Virus record (IMG/VR): IMGVR_UViG_3300035703_000010 | Location: 124,001 to 188,000 of that record | DNA: 64,000 bases | Reading direction: 5' to 3' (one strand) | Shown: piece after piece, positions 53,328-61,782 of the stretch | Position numbering within the stretch: position 1 is the first letter of the stretch | Layout of the letters: each line of letters begins with the position of its first letter | The notes under the pieces: model-generated | Told to the model about the DNA's origin: nothing | Database searches by the model: none | What the model saw: only the letters and a program-made list of their open reading frames with translations | Position numbers and translations under genes: made by a program

Positions 53328-54260
53328 ATGAATGTCCAAGAAAAAATTATAAGAGAGTTTATAAGAGAATCTTTGCTTTCTAATGAAATTATTGTTGAAA
53401 GCTCTTTTACTTCTGGCGTGAAATCTGCTGTTTCAGATTTGGGGAAAGTCGTTGCTGGATCTGCTGCAACTATATTAGCTTCAGTGAAACAATTAACAGG
53501 TTTAACGTATCAAGCTATAAAAGAAGTAGGTTCGTTGGGGATATTTAAAGCTGACTACGATAAAGTAAAAAGTCAATATCACCAAAACTTGGCAGAGATA
53601 CAAAAAGAATATGGAGCTGAAATTGATGCAGCTGAAAAAACTTTTTCAAAAGCCTTGTTCCCTTTAACTTCTGCAGCAAAAATAGGATTAGGAGCAACAG
53701 CTACAGCATTTTTCTTTGCAAACCCATTAGCGTTTATTGCCTTAGAAGGCACGGCTACTGGAACATCTAAAAAAATAAAAGGTGAAGTTGTGCCAAAGAT
53801 TAAAGATCTAAAATCTCAGGCACAAAAAGCCATTGATAAGTGGTCTGGTTATGAAGAACAAAGTGAAACTAAAAATAAAGGTAATGACCTTTTAAGACAA
53901 GATTGGGTAAGAGAAGGACAACAAAAGTTTAAACAATCTACAGAGTTGTATTTTAAACAAATAAATGATAAGATTAAAAAAATTTCATCTGCTGCAGATG
54001 TTAAAAGTCTTGGAATTCCTGATAAGATAGTTCAGCAGCTTTCGAAAGATTCAAAAAATCAAGCGGAAATATTAAAAGCTTGTAAAGCTTTAGCATTGAA
54101 TGAAATTCTTAATACTGTAAAAGTCGACAAAGAAAAACAAATAGCTGATGCAAAAAAAGCTAACGTTCCTGAGTCTGCAATAACTGGATCTAAAAGTTTC
54201 ATTAAATTATACGATAAGATCATAGTGACAATTAACGAAAAAATTTCATCATTAAAATGA
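53328..54260 (+). CDS. Hypothetical protein with 'IIREFIRESLL' N-terminus
   Basis: ATG at 53328; ATACTTA at 53312. Confidence 0.6.
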   Translation: MNVQEKIIREFIRESLLSNEIIVESSFTSGVKSAVSDLGKVVAGSAATILASVKQLTGLTYQAIKEVGSLGIFKADYDKVKSQYHQNLAEIQKEYGAEIDAAEKTFSKALFPLTSAAKIGLGATATAFFFANPLAFIALEGTATGTSKKIKGEVVPKIKDLKSQAQKAIDKWSGYEEQSETKNKGNDLLRQDWVREGQQKFKQSTELYFKQINDKIKKISSAADVKSLGIPDKIVQQLSKDSKNQAEILKACKALALNEILNTVKVDKEKQIADAKKANVPESAITGSKSFIKLYDKIIVTINEKISSLK

Positions 54261-54302
54261 AATGTTCTAAACATGTGATCGACATCTTGTATAGTTTACA
54301 TT

Positions 54303-54608
54303 ATGCCGAAACGACAACAAAAAAGTTATAATGTTGATTTGATGCAGCCAGATGAACTAGGTGAAGTCAAAAAACTTGTAAAAGAGTTCGTGTCTAGAAT
54401 TGAAAACGTTGATAATGAAATTGAACTCTTAAAGCAAGATAGAAAAGAAATTATTGAAGAATATTCTACAAAGTTAGACTTAAAAGTACTCCAAGCTGCA
54501 ATGAGGGTTGTTAAGATTAAGCAAGGAGTCGCTCATAAAGATACGTTTGATCTCTTTTTGGAAGTTTTAGACCCAGAATTGGGATCATCATCAGAAGGTG
54601 ATACATGA
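54303..54608 (+). CDS. GapR / T4 DsbA-like DNA-binding protein
   Basis: VKEFVSRIENVDNEIELLKQDRKEIIEE...DLKVLQAAMR pattern. Confidence 0.65.
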   Translation: MPKRQQKSYNVDLMQPDELGEVKKLVKEFVSRIENVDNEIELLKQDRKEIIEEYSTKLDLKVLQAAMRVVKIKQGVAHKDTFDLFLEVLDPELGSSSEGDT

Positions 54609-54988
54609 GTAAATCTCCTAAAAAAACGCAACCTCAGCAGGAAGTCGAATTGAAGCCAAAGAAAAGTTTTTCTTTAAAGCTTTCCAAGCAAGAGCTTGTT
54701 CACTTGCGAGATTTATTTGGTGTGATGCTACCTGCAGACATGAAGTCAACAGTCAGTCAATCTCTTGCTTCTAGCCAGGATAGACAATTGGTCGAATCAA
54801 AGCTCTGGAATAAGGTTATTTCTTTATGTTCTGAGGCTGAAATTCCAATGGGAGAATATGCTCCTGATTTCGTCATAAGCATATCTGCTCCACCTCAACT
54901 TAATGTTTTTGAAATGATTTCTGACGATGAAGCCGTGGCTGCTACAGTAGTTCAACAGATGTTAGAAGAAGATGATTCGGAGGAGTAA
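54605..54988 (+). CDS. Hypothetical protein
   Basis: ORF in the operon. Confidence 0.55.
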   Translation: MSKSPKKTQPQQEVELKPKKSFSLKLSKQELVHLRDLFGVMLPADMKSTVSQSLASSQDRQLVESKLWNKVISLCSEAEIPMGEYAPDFVISISAPPQLNVFEMISDDEAVAATVVQQMLEEDDSEE

Positions 54989-55401
54989 TGAAGTACTCTA
55001 TAGGTCAAGTCTTATATGTTTTGATGAACCGTGAAACAAAAATTTGTCCAGTTCAAGTCGTAGAAGAAATTACTAAAAAGAGTTTAAACGGAGAAACTAC
55101 AAATTACGTTGTTCGTACAGGAGCTAAGGGAGAAACTATTTCTTTGTCTGATTTAGACGGACAAATATTTGATTCGATAGATACATTGAAGCAAACTTTA
55201 CATGAAAAAGTAGTAAAGATGATTGATATTGTAGTAGAAAATTCAGAAAAAAGAGCAAAACAGTGGTTCTTCAATGAAGAGAAAAGTCTTGAAACTAATG
55301 TTGAAGAGATTCAAAACACATCAACGAATACTGATGATGCAATCGTAATTTTGCCTGATGGAACAAAAGCAAAAGTAAAAATACCTCTTTCGGGAACATG
55401 A
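54988..55401 (+). CDS. Hypothetical protein with KOW-like N-terminus
   Basis: YSIGQVLYV...; coupled to the upstream stop. Confidence 0.55.
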   Translation: MKYSIGQVLYVLMNRETKICPVQVVEEITKKSLNGETTNYVVRTGAKGETISLSDLDGQIFDSIDTLKQTLHEKVVKMIDIVVENSEKRAKQWFFNEEKSLETNVEEIQNTSTNTDDAIVILPDGTKAKVKIPLSGT

Positions 55402-55404
55402 TCT

Positions 55405-55671
55405 ATGATAGAGCAAAGAAGTGATGAATACGATAATGTCTATAAGACATTAAATGAAATTAAGAAAAAACTGACGGAGTTATCACTTACTGATTTATCA
55501 AAAATTCATGTAGGCATTGAATGGACATGGATGCCTTATGTAAAAGATCATATAGATTTTTTGATAGAGCAAACAGACGGAATATTACAAAACATTCATG
55601 ATTCTCCGCCTCCTGTAGCTAAAAATATCGATGCTGCAATCGATAACGATAATTTATCGATGAATGAATGA
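55405..55671 (+). CDS. Hypothetical protein
   Basis: ORF in the operon. Confidence 0.5.
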   Translation: MIEQRSDEYDNVYKTLNEIKKKLTELSLTDLSKIHVGIEWTWMPYVKDHIDFLIEQTDGILQNIHDSPPPVAKNIDAAIDNDNLSMNE

Positions 55672-55701
55672 AAAATCCATCACCTATGTGTTATCATATA
55701 G

Positions 55702-56286
55702 GTGATGGACTCGTTAGAAATCAAGCATGATCAAGAAAGCCCTTATTCTCTATGGGCTAGAAACGTTATTGATGAATTTAAAAACCTGACAAATGATGAA
55801 ATTTGTAAGCGAATTCAAGAACGTTCAAACGGATTTGCTGTTCTTATGACACATGTTAATGGAGACTTTAACATTGGAACAGTTCTAAGGTCTGCAAACT
55901 CGCATGGAGTTAAAGACTTTTTCTACTATGGTCGTAAGAAATTTGATCGTAGAGGATGTGTAGGGGTTCATAACTATACTCAAATGCAATTTTTAAGAGA
56001 TCTTGATGAAGTTATCAAGATCAAAAACGACTATTGTTTTGTCGCTTTAGAGAACAATATTGATGGTGTCGTATCATTACCAGATTTTGATTGGAATTTA
56101 AGTAAACCACCTTGCATTATCGTAGGAGAAGAATGCAACGGTATTCCAAAAGAAATTCTTGATCTTTGTGATGCGTTTGTAGAAATTCCTAGTTTTGGAT
56201 CTGTAAGAAGCATGAATGTCGGTTCTGCTTCTTCAATTGCGATGTATGATTATGTAAGTAAAAAACGAAAGATTAAATCTCAGTAG
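55702..56286 (+). CDS. SpoU/TrmH-family (SPOUT) RNA 2'-O-methyltransferase
   Basis: NIGTVLRSA, IVGEECNGI, VEIPSFGSVRSMNVGSA..IAMY. Confidence 0.9.
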   Translation: MMDSLEIKHDQESPYSLWARNVIDEFKNLTNDEICKRIQERSNGFAVLMTHVNGDFNIGTVLRSANSHGVKDFFYYGRKKFDRRGCVGVHNYTQMQFLRDLDEVIKIKNDYCFVALENNIDGVVSLPDFDWNLSKPPCIIVGEECNGIPKEILDLCDAFVEIPSFGSVRSMNVGSASSIAMYDYVSKKRKIKSQ

Positions 56287-56311
56287 TTTAAACGTACTAA
56301 AAAACTGATTT

Positions 56312-57055
56312 TTATTTATCAAGAAATTTTCTTGTTACGCTAGGAAAATTTTTCTCAGCATATAAAATCCATGAATTTCTAATGTCTTCAATTGTTTTGT
56401 CAATCATTTGTTGATCATTTATCCCATGATTGATGAATGATCTTTCAATTTTTTGTAACATTTCATCTATGATCTCATAAAATGATTTTTTTTGTTTCTT
56501 TGACTGTTGTCTTGCTCCGGCAACAAATGCTGGTATTTCAGAAGGATCAGTATAGTATTTTTTCTTTTTTTCTATGTCTTTTTTATCTTGCATCATTTCA
56601 TATCCTGTCTGTATCGAAGAAACAGCTAATTCAGGACCTTGAGATGAATGTTCTAATTCATGTCTGATAGCGTTGTGTAGGTAAGGCTGAATCATTCTTA
56701 GATGAATAGGCATGAGCATTCCAGTAGTTGATTGAACCGTGATTGAAATGTTCAATTCATTTAATTGCCAGTCCCATGATGCTTCTGCTAAAGCTTTATC
56801 GTTCTTAGTATGAAGAACTTTAACGATCATACTTAATGAAATTTTTTCAGAAGTCTGTGGTGCAATATCATTGCTTATTTCTATAAGAAATTTTGCAATT
56901 CTAACAATGAAATTTCCTTCTTTCATTCTTGGAAGATCATTGATTTTTTCAATAGAAGAAGCAAGTTTCTTCATTGCAATTCTACTGATCTTGCTAGCAA
57001 GAGAATCAAGCTTCGACTCTAAAAGTAAACGTCTAATTATCGACTCATAAATCAT
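56312..57055 (-). CDS. Zincin-like (HExxH) protein with 'IIRRLLLE' N-terminus
   Basis: RHELEH plus a downstream YY..PSEIPAF; ATATTTA just upstream of the ATG at 57055. Confidence 0.6.
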   Translation of the reverse strand: MIYESIIRRLLLESKLDSLASKISRIAMKKLASSIEKINDLPRMKEGNFIVRIAKFLIEISNDIAPQTSEKISLSMIVKVLHTKNDKALAEASWDWQLNELNISITVQSTTGMLMPIHLRMIQPYLHNAIRHELEHSSQGPELAVSSIQTGYEMMQDKKDIEKKKKYYTDPSEIPAFVAGARQQSKKQKKSFYEIIDEMLQKIERSFINHGINDQQMIDKTIEDIRNSWILYAEKNFPSVTRKFLDK

Positions 57056-57118
57056 AAAGTAAATATTTGTTGAAATGCTATAATGCAATTTTTATTGTCT
57101 ATGTAATATGATTGTTTA

Positions 57119-57808
57119 ATGAGCAAAACATTACTTTCAAGAATTTCTGCATCTATGTTGAAAGACGGATTGTCTCCAACATTAGAGATGATATCATACG
57201 CATTAGTTTGTGATGAATACGCAGCAGGAGTTGCCGATGAAGATCAATTACAGTTTGCTATGTGCAATTATCTCGATCAATCAGCAAGAAGATCAAGATC
57301 GCTTTCAGAAGTAATCAATAGAGTTAAAGAACCTCCTATTTCAGAGATTTTTACTGAATGCACGATCATGATGGTTGATGCGGTTATCAGATCACCAAAA
57401 TTTATTCATAGATCACTTCACGTTTCATCAGAAAATAATATCAAAATAGGGGATGGGAAATACATCAAACCAGATGTAGCAATTTGGAATGACGATAAGA
57501 TAATTGGAGTGATTGAATGTAAGACTAGTTTAGGAAGAGCTAGGAAAGAATGGAAAAATGATTTTGAACAAAGAGTTGAGATTTTTAAAGGAGTTGGCAT
57601 TAAGCCTGACTCGGTGTTCTTTGTAGTTGCAACAGAAAATTCTTGGCAAGGTTTTCCAGCAGATGATCCAAATACATTAAATTCGTGGTTTTCCTTATGC
57701 CCTAAAGGAACTTGGTTCGGAGGAGGAAAGCAAGGTGAACTTAAACTTTCAGATAAAATGAATCAAGGATGCTTGAAAAAATTAATTCAAAAATTAGAAA
57801 ATCTATGA
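57119..57808 (+). CDS. Restriction-endonuclease-like PD-(D/E)xK protein
   Basis: IKPDVAIW...VIECKTSL. Confidence 0.6.
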   Translation: MSKTLLSRISASMLKDGLSPTLEMISYALVCDEYAAGVADEDQLQFAMCNYLDQSARRSRSLSEVINRVKEPPISEIFTECTIMMVDAVIRSPKFIHRSLHVSSENNIKIGDGKYIKPDVAIWNDDKIIGVIECKTSLGRARKEWKNDFEQRVEIFKGVGIKPDSVFFVVATENSWQGFPADDPNTLNSWFSLCPKGTWFGGGKQGELKLSDKMNQGCLKKLIQKLENL

Positions 57809-58174
57809 TTTTTTGTCTTCAAACGTATCACGTTCATCTGGTCTTTTAGACAATTTTTTATCTGATTCTTGTTCTTTTCTTTCTTCGTCTTGAAACTTAT
57901 CTTGAGCTCTCTGTAGCTTTGAAGACATATTGATATAATCGTACATTCTTCTTATGCTGATTCCAAGGGTTTTTGCAGCTTCTCTTGCATTACCATCAGA
58001 AGCTGCAAGAGCTTTCATTGCATCAGCAATTGCATCTGATCTTTCTATTTTATATTCTGCGCCGAATTTAGTTAGACCACCACCTGGCTTATCATCTTCA
58101 TTTAATAAAGATTCTTTTACAAATTCTCTAATGAGAACCTTTAAATTTGATAGTGTTCTTTTATTGCTCATCAT
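57803..58174 (-). CDS. Fis-type HTH protein with 'LKVLIREFVKESLL' N-terminus
   Basis: ALAASDGNAREAAKTLGISIRRMYDYI matches the Fis/HTH_8 pattern GN..+AA..LGIS...LY. Confidence 0.65.
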   Translation of the reverse strand: MMSNKRTLSNLKVLIREFVKESLLNEDDKPGGGLTKFGAEYKIERSDAIADAMKALAASDGNAREAAKTLGISIRRMYDYINMSSKLQRAQDKFQDEERKEQESDKKLSKRPDERDTFEDKKS

Positions 58175-58233
58175 TTTTATTCATGATAATTATCTATCGA
58201 TAGCCTTTTTTAAACTACTCGATACATATTACC

Positions 58234-61086
58234 GTGACTACGACGCAAATAAAAGGAAGCCAAATTCAAGATGGTTCTATCAAATCAGAAGATGTTGATG
58301 ATTCTCTTGAAAAAGATTTTACCAGAGTTAGAGTAACAACAGGTGATTCGTCACCAGACTTTCTTTCTACGAAGATCATAGCTGGTGATAATATCACGCT
58401 CAACATTGTCGGTTCTTCTGGATCGATTCAATATCTCGCCATATCTGGATCAGCAGGTGGTGGTGGTGGGGGAGGCAGCGGCGACATAACCTCAGTTTCT
58501 GCAGGAACTGGATTGAGCGGTGGTGGGACAAGCGGCGACGTTACTTTAGCGATAAATGATTCTATCGTTGCGACCGTTTCAGGAACAACATTTATAGGAC
58601 GAACAGTTCATTTAAATGGACTGAGCGGATCATTAACAACGCTTGCTGACGGAACTTCTTATCTAATCGCTGGTAATAACGTTGTTATAACATCTGGATC
58701 AGCTGGATCAATCACGATATCTAGCCTTGGAGGTTTCGTCGGTGGGAATGGGACTAATAACAACTTAGTTACCGCTGATGGAAGCGGAGCAATTGTCGCT
58801 GAATCAAACTTAAACTTTAACGGATCTATCCTTGACGTAACAGGAAGTATCATTGCTTCTAATTTAAGCCTGTCAGACAAGGTATTGATTACTTCTGGTT
58901 CGACTAGAACGATATCTCAAGCTTCGAATTTGACATGGGATAGTACAAACAGCTATCTTGGTATCAACGTTCCAACGGCTGCAAGAAACTTACACGTTCC
59001 AGCTGGAATCAGGGTTGGGACTACAAACTATCTTGAATGGGTTCAAGTTAGTTCTGCAGTACAAAGATTTACAGGAGGAGGTTCAACAACAACTTTAGAA
59101 TCCAACGCAGACATTTTGTTGCCTCCTGGGAAAACTTTAGGATTTCAACCAGGATTAGGCCAAACAAAAGATGCAGGATTTATTAGAGCTGGAGCTGGAA
59201 TTATAAACGTTAGCGGTTCTGCTCCCGGTGTAGTTCTAAGATTTAATGATTCCTCTACCCCATTAGCCGCTGGTGATCTTGGGATGAATGTATCTACAGG
59301 CCGCCCATCTGCTTTCATAGGAGGAGCTGTAAGATCCCTGGCTCACACAGATGAAATGGGAAATGTAGTAGGGCCAGCTTCAGCGACTGACAATGCTGTA
59401 GTACGTTTCGATCTTACAACTGGAAAACTAATCCAAGATTCGGTCGTAACAATTGCAGACACGACTGGCAACATTACAACACCAGGAGATCTTGCAGTTA
59501 ATGGCGGAGATATAACAACAACGGCTGCTTCGTTTAATCTTCTGAACGGTGCTAGCACGTTAAACATTGGCACTTCGAACATCGCAAGAACTATTAACGT
59601 TGGAACGCCGTCGTCAGAAGCGCAATCGATTAACATAGGTAGCAACTCTTCTCCAAATTCAATCATTATTGGAAACACGACGACAGCGACGACCACAAGA
59701 ATTCGAGCTGGTGATTTGTACTTAAATGACCTCAGCAGCGGTCTTGTGACTGTAGGAAGCACGACCAGCACTGGAAGTATAACAATCGGTCGTTCTACTG
59801 CAAGCAACTCAATATCGATAGGAGCTTCTGGAAACAACACTTCGAATACACAAACGATCAACATTGGTTCTGGAACTGGAACTTCTGCAATCATGATCGG
59901 ATCGAAGTCAGGGGCTTCTCCTGTCGTTATTCAAGCTGGAACTTCAGGACTATCCATCAGCGGATCAGCAAGGTTTAATCAAGGATTCAGTGGTTCATTG
60001 ACACAGTTAACTGACGGAACCCCATACCTTCTTGCAGGATCTAATATTACATTGTCAACTGGATCAAACGGAGCAGTGACAATATCGTCTACGGCTTCTG
60101 GCGGATCTGGAGCGCCGACAGATGCTTCATATGTAGTTCTTTCCAGCAATGGAACATTAACATCAGAAAGAGTTCTTACTGCTGGATCTGGTATCAGCAT
60201 CACAGATGGAGGTGCAGGAGGTAATGTTACTATCGCCGCTACAGGAGCTGGTGGGGGATCAGGAGGAATAAACTACTTTGATTCAACTGCAGCTGGATCA
60301 ATTTTTACATCAGGATCGACTGCATTTAAAGGCAACGAATTAGTTAGCTCACCGCGAAACAAGGGCTCTGATGTATTTTTCTATGTAAGCGGATCATCTG
60401 CTGATAAAACTTTGTTTGGTGGAGACGTTAGGATAAGTGGATCATTGACGATAGGATCAGGTTCTATAACGCTTACGTCGAATGACATTCAGTTCGGTTC
60501 GTCTGCTAACAGAATACAATTGAATGGTTCTGATCTAACGTTCGTAGATGTTTCAAACCCGAGCGGTAGGACGTTATCAAATATCTCAGATCTTATCTTA
60601 ATTGAAAGTAAATATATTGAAAGTAATACGCAGTCAGTCGTATTTTCTAACCTAGATGGGAACAGAGATAGAAATTATTACTTAGTTGGTAGAAGAATCA
60701 ACGGAGTCAATACGGTAACTTACGAAGTTAGACCGAACCAGTCAAATGCGAATCTTTTCGCGGTTTACCACATAATTGCGACCAACGGTTCGACTGTAAC
60801 ACACGCTGCATCTACTGCTTATGGAGCAAATTTTTACTGGGGTTCTTCTTTATCATCAGGATCTGTCGGAGATATCGAGATGTTTTTTAATGCCGAAAGT
60901 AGTAGGAATAGATTTTTTACATTAAAATCTCGTTATACTTCTGTATCTTCTTTGTATAATAATTTAGAAGTTTTTACTCGATGGACAAGTTCCGATAACT
61001 TTACTTCCCTTGAGATTAGAGGAAGCGCAGCAGATTCCTTTGTTTCAGGTTCTGAGTTCCATCTATATAGACTTAGAAGAGGTTAA
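58234..61086 (+). CDS. Tail fibre / virion appendage protein
   Basis: 950 aa, Gly/Ser/Thr-rich. Repeated SGSLT.L.DGT.YL.AG.N..I motif; globular C-terminal module shared with 61783..63306. Confidence 0.75.
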   Translation: MTTTQIKGSQIQDGSIKSEDVDDSLEKDFTRVRVTTGDSSPDFLSTKIIAGDNITLNIVGSSGSIQYLAISGSAGGGGGGGSGDITSVSAGTGLSGGGTSGDVTLAINDSIVATVSGTTFIGRTVHLNGLSGSLTTLADGTSYLIAGNNVVITSGSAGSITISSLGGFVGGNGTNNNLVTADGSGAIVAESNLNFNGSILDVTGSIIASNLSLSDKVLITSGSTRTISQASNLTWDSTNSYLGINVPTAARNLHVPAGIRVGTTNYLEWVQVSSAVQRFTGGGSTTTLESNADILLPPGKTLGFQPGLGQTKDAGFIRAGAGIINVSGSAPGVVLRFNDSSTPLAAGDLGMNVSTGRPSAFIGGAVRSLAHTDEMGNVVGPASATDNAVVRFDLTTGKLIQDSVVTIADTTGNITTPGDLAVNGGDITTTAASFNLLNGASTLNIGTSNIARTINVGTPSSEAQSINIGSNSSPNSIIIGNTTTATTTRIRAGDLYLNDLSSGLVTVGSTTSTGSITIGRSTASNSISIGASGNNTSNTQTINIGSGTGTSAIMIGSKSGASPVVIQAGTSGLSISGSARFNQGFSGSLTQLTDGTPYLLAGSNITLSTGSNGAVTISSTASGGSGAPTDASYVVLSSNGTLTSERVLTAGSGISITDGGAGGNVTIAATGAGGGSGGINYFDSTAAGSIFTSGSTAFKGNELVSSPRNKGSDVFFYVSGSSADKTLFGGDVRISGSLTIGSGSITLTSNDIQFGSSANRIQLNGSDLTFVDVSNPSGRTLSNISDLILIESKYIESNTQSVVFSNLDGNRDRNYYLVGRRINGVNTVTYEVRPNQSNANLFAVYHIIATNGSTVTHAASTAYGANFYWGSSLSSGSVGDIEMFFNAESSRNRFFTLKSRYTSVSSLYNNLEVFTRWTSSDNFTSLEIRGSAADSFVSGSEFHLYRLRRG

Positions 61087-61089
61087 TCC

Positions 61090-61398
61090 ATGAATCATCC
61101 TTGTAATTGTAATCCACCTGCAGTCGTATCTACTATAGTCGGTGATAGATGCCACATCACTAATGAAAGAGGAGAATGGTGCGCAATAATAAACAAAGAT
61201 GGAGTTTACTTACAAAACCTATTAGTTCCATCATCAGAAGAAATAACCAGAGAACAGGAACATCAACAAAAAATTCTTGCTGAACAATCAATTGCTGAAT
61301 CACGTGAAGCAAGAAAACAAGAGTTAAAAGCTAAATTAGACAGTGGCGAAACTTTAACTCTTCAAGAACTCACAGAATTATTAAAATTAGCATTATAA
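61090..61398 (+). CDS. Small protein downstream of the tail fibre (possible fibre chaperone)
   Basis: Position, plus a coiled-coil C-terminus. Confidence 0.45.
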   Translation: MNHPCNCNPPAVVSTIVGDRCHITNERGEWCAIINKDGVYLQNLLVPSSEEITREQEHQQKILAEQSIAESREARKQELKAKLDSGETLTLQELTELLKLAL

Positions 61399-61410
61399 TT
61401 GGAGAAAACA

Positions 61411-61656
61411 ATGCCTTTAGATATTACGCCAAACACAGTTACATTAGACAAAGTTCGTATTGAACAGTTTACCGTCAGCCCTCAGTTAAACGCCGTTATG
61501 GTTCAATACTCAAAAGGTTATGATGATGCAAATGGACAGTATGTTCCAAAGGAATATACTCATGTTAATTTTACAGACGTATCATTCGATCAAACACTTT
61601 ATGAACAAGTGAAAAATACCTTATACTCTATGTTGAGCTCTCATCTCAATCAATGA
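61411..61656 (+). CDS. Small hypothetical tail-associated protein
   Basis: ATG at 61411 after GGAG. Confidence 0.55.
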   Translation: MPLDITPNTVTLDKVRIEQFTVSPQLNAVMVQYSKGYDDANGQYVPKEYTHVNFTDVSFDQTLYEQVKNTLYSMLSSHLNQ

Positions 61657-61782
61657 TTTTGAAGTAAAATAAAAATAAATTACGAACTTTAAAAAAATCG
61701 CCGCGGAATTTGATAAATATTTAGACGGCGAATTCGCCATCGCACGCCTTTCGCTTGAACATAAAAAGAAAGGGCCTTAAGA

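Noticed and set aside
61695-61780. Riboswitch in the GC-patchy leader of the collagen gene (palindrome GGCGAATTCGCC)
   Set aside because: I could not match any known aptamer consensus, and a single short palindrome is not enough evidence.
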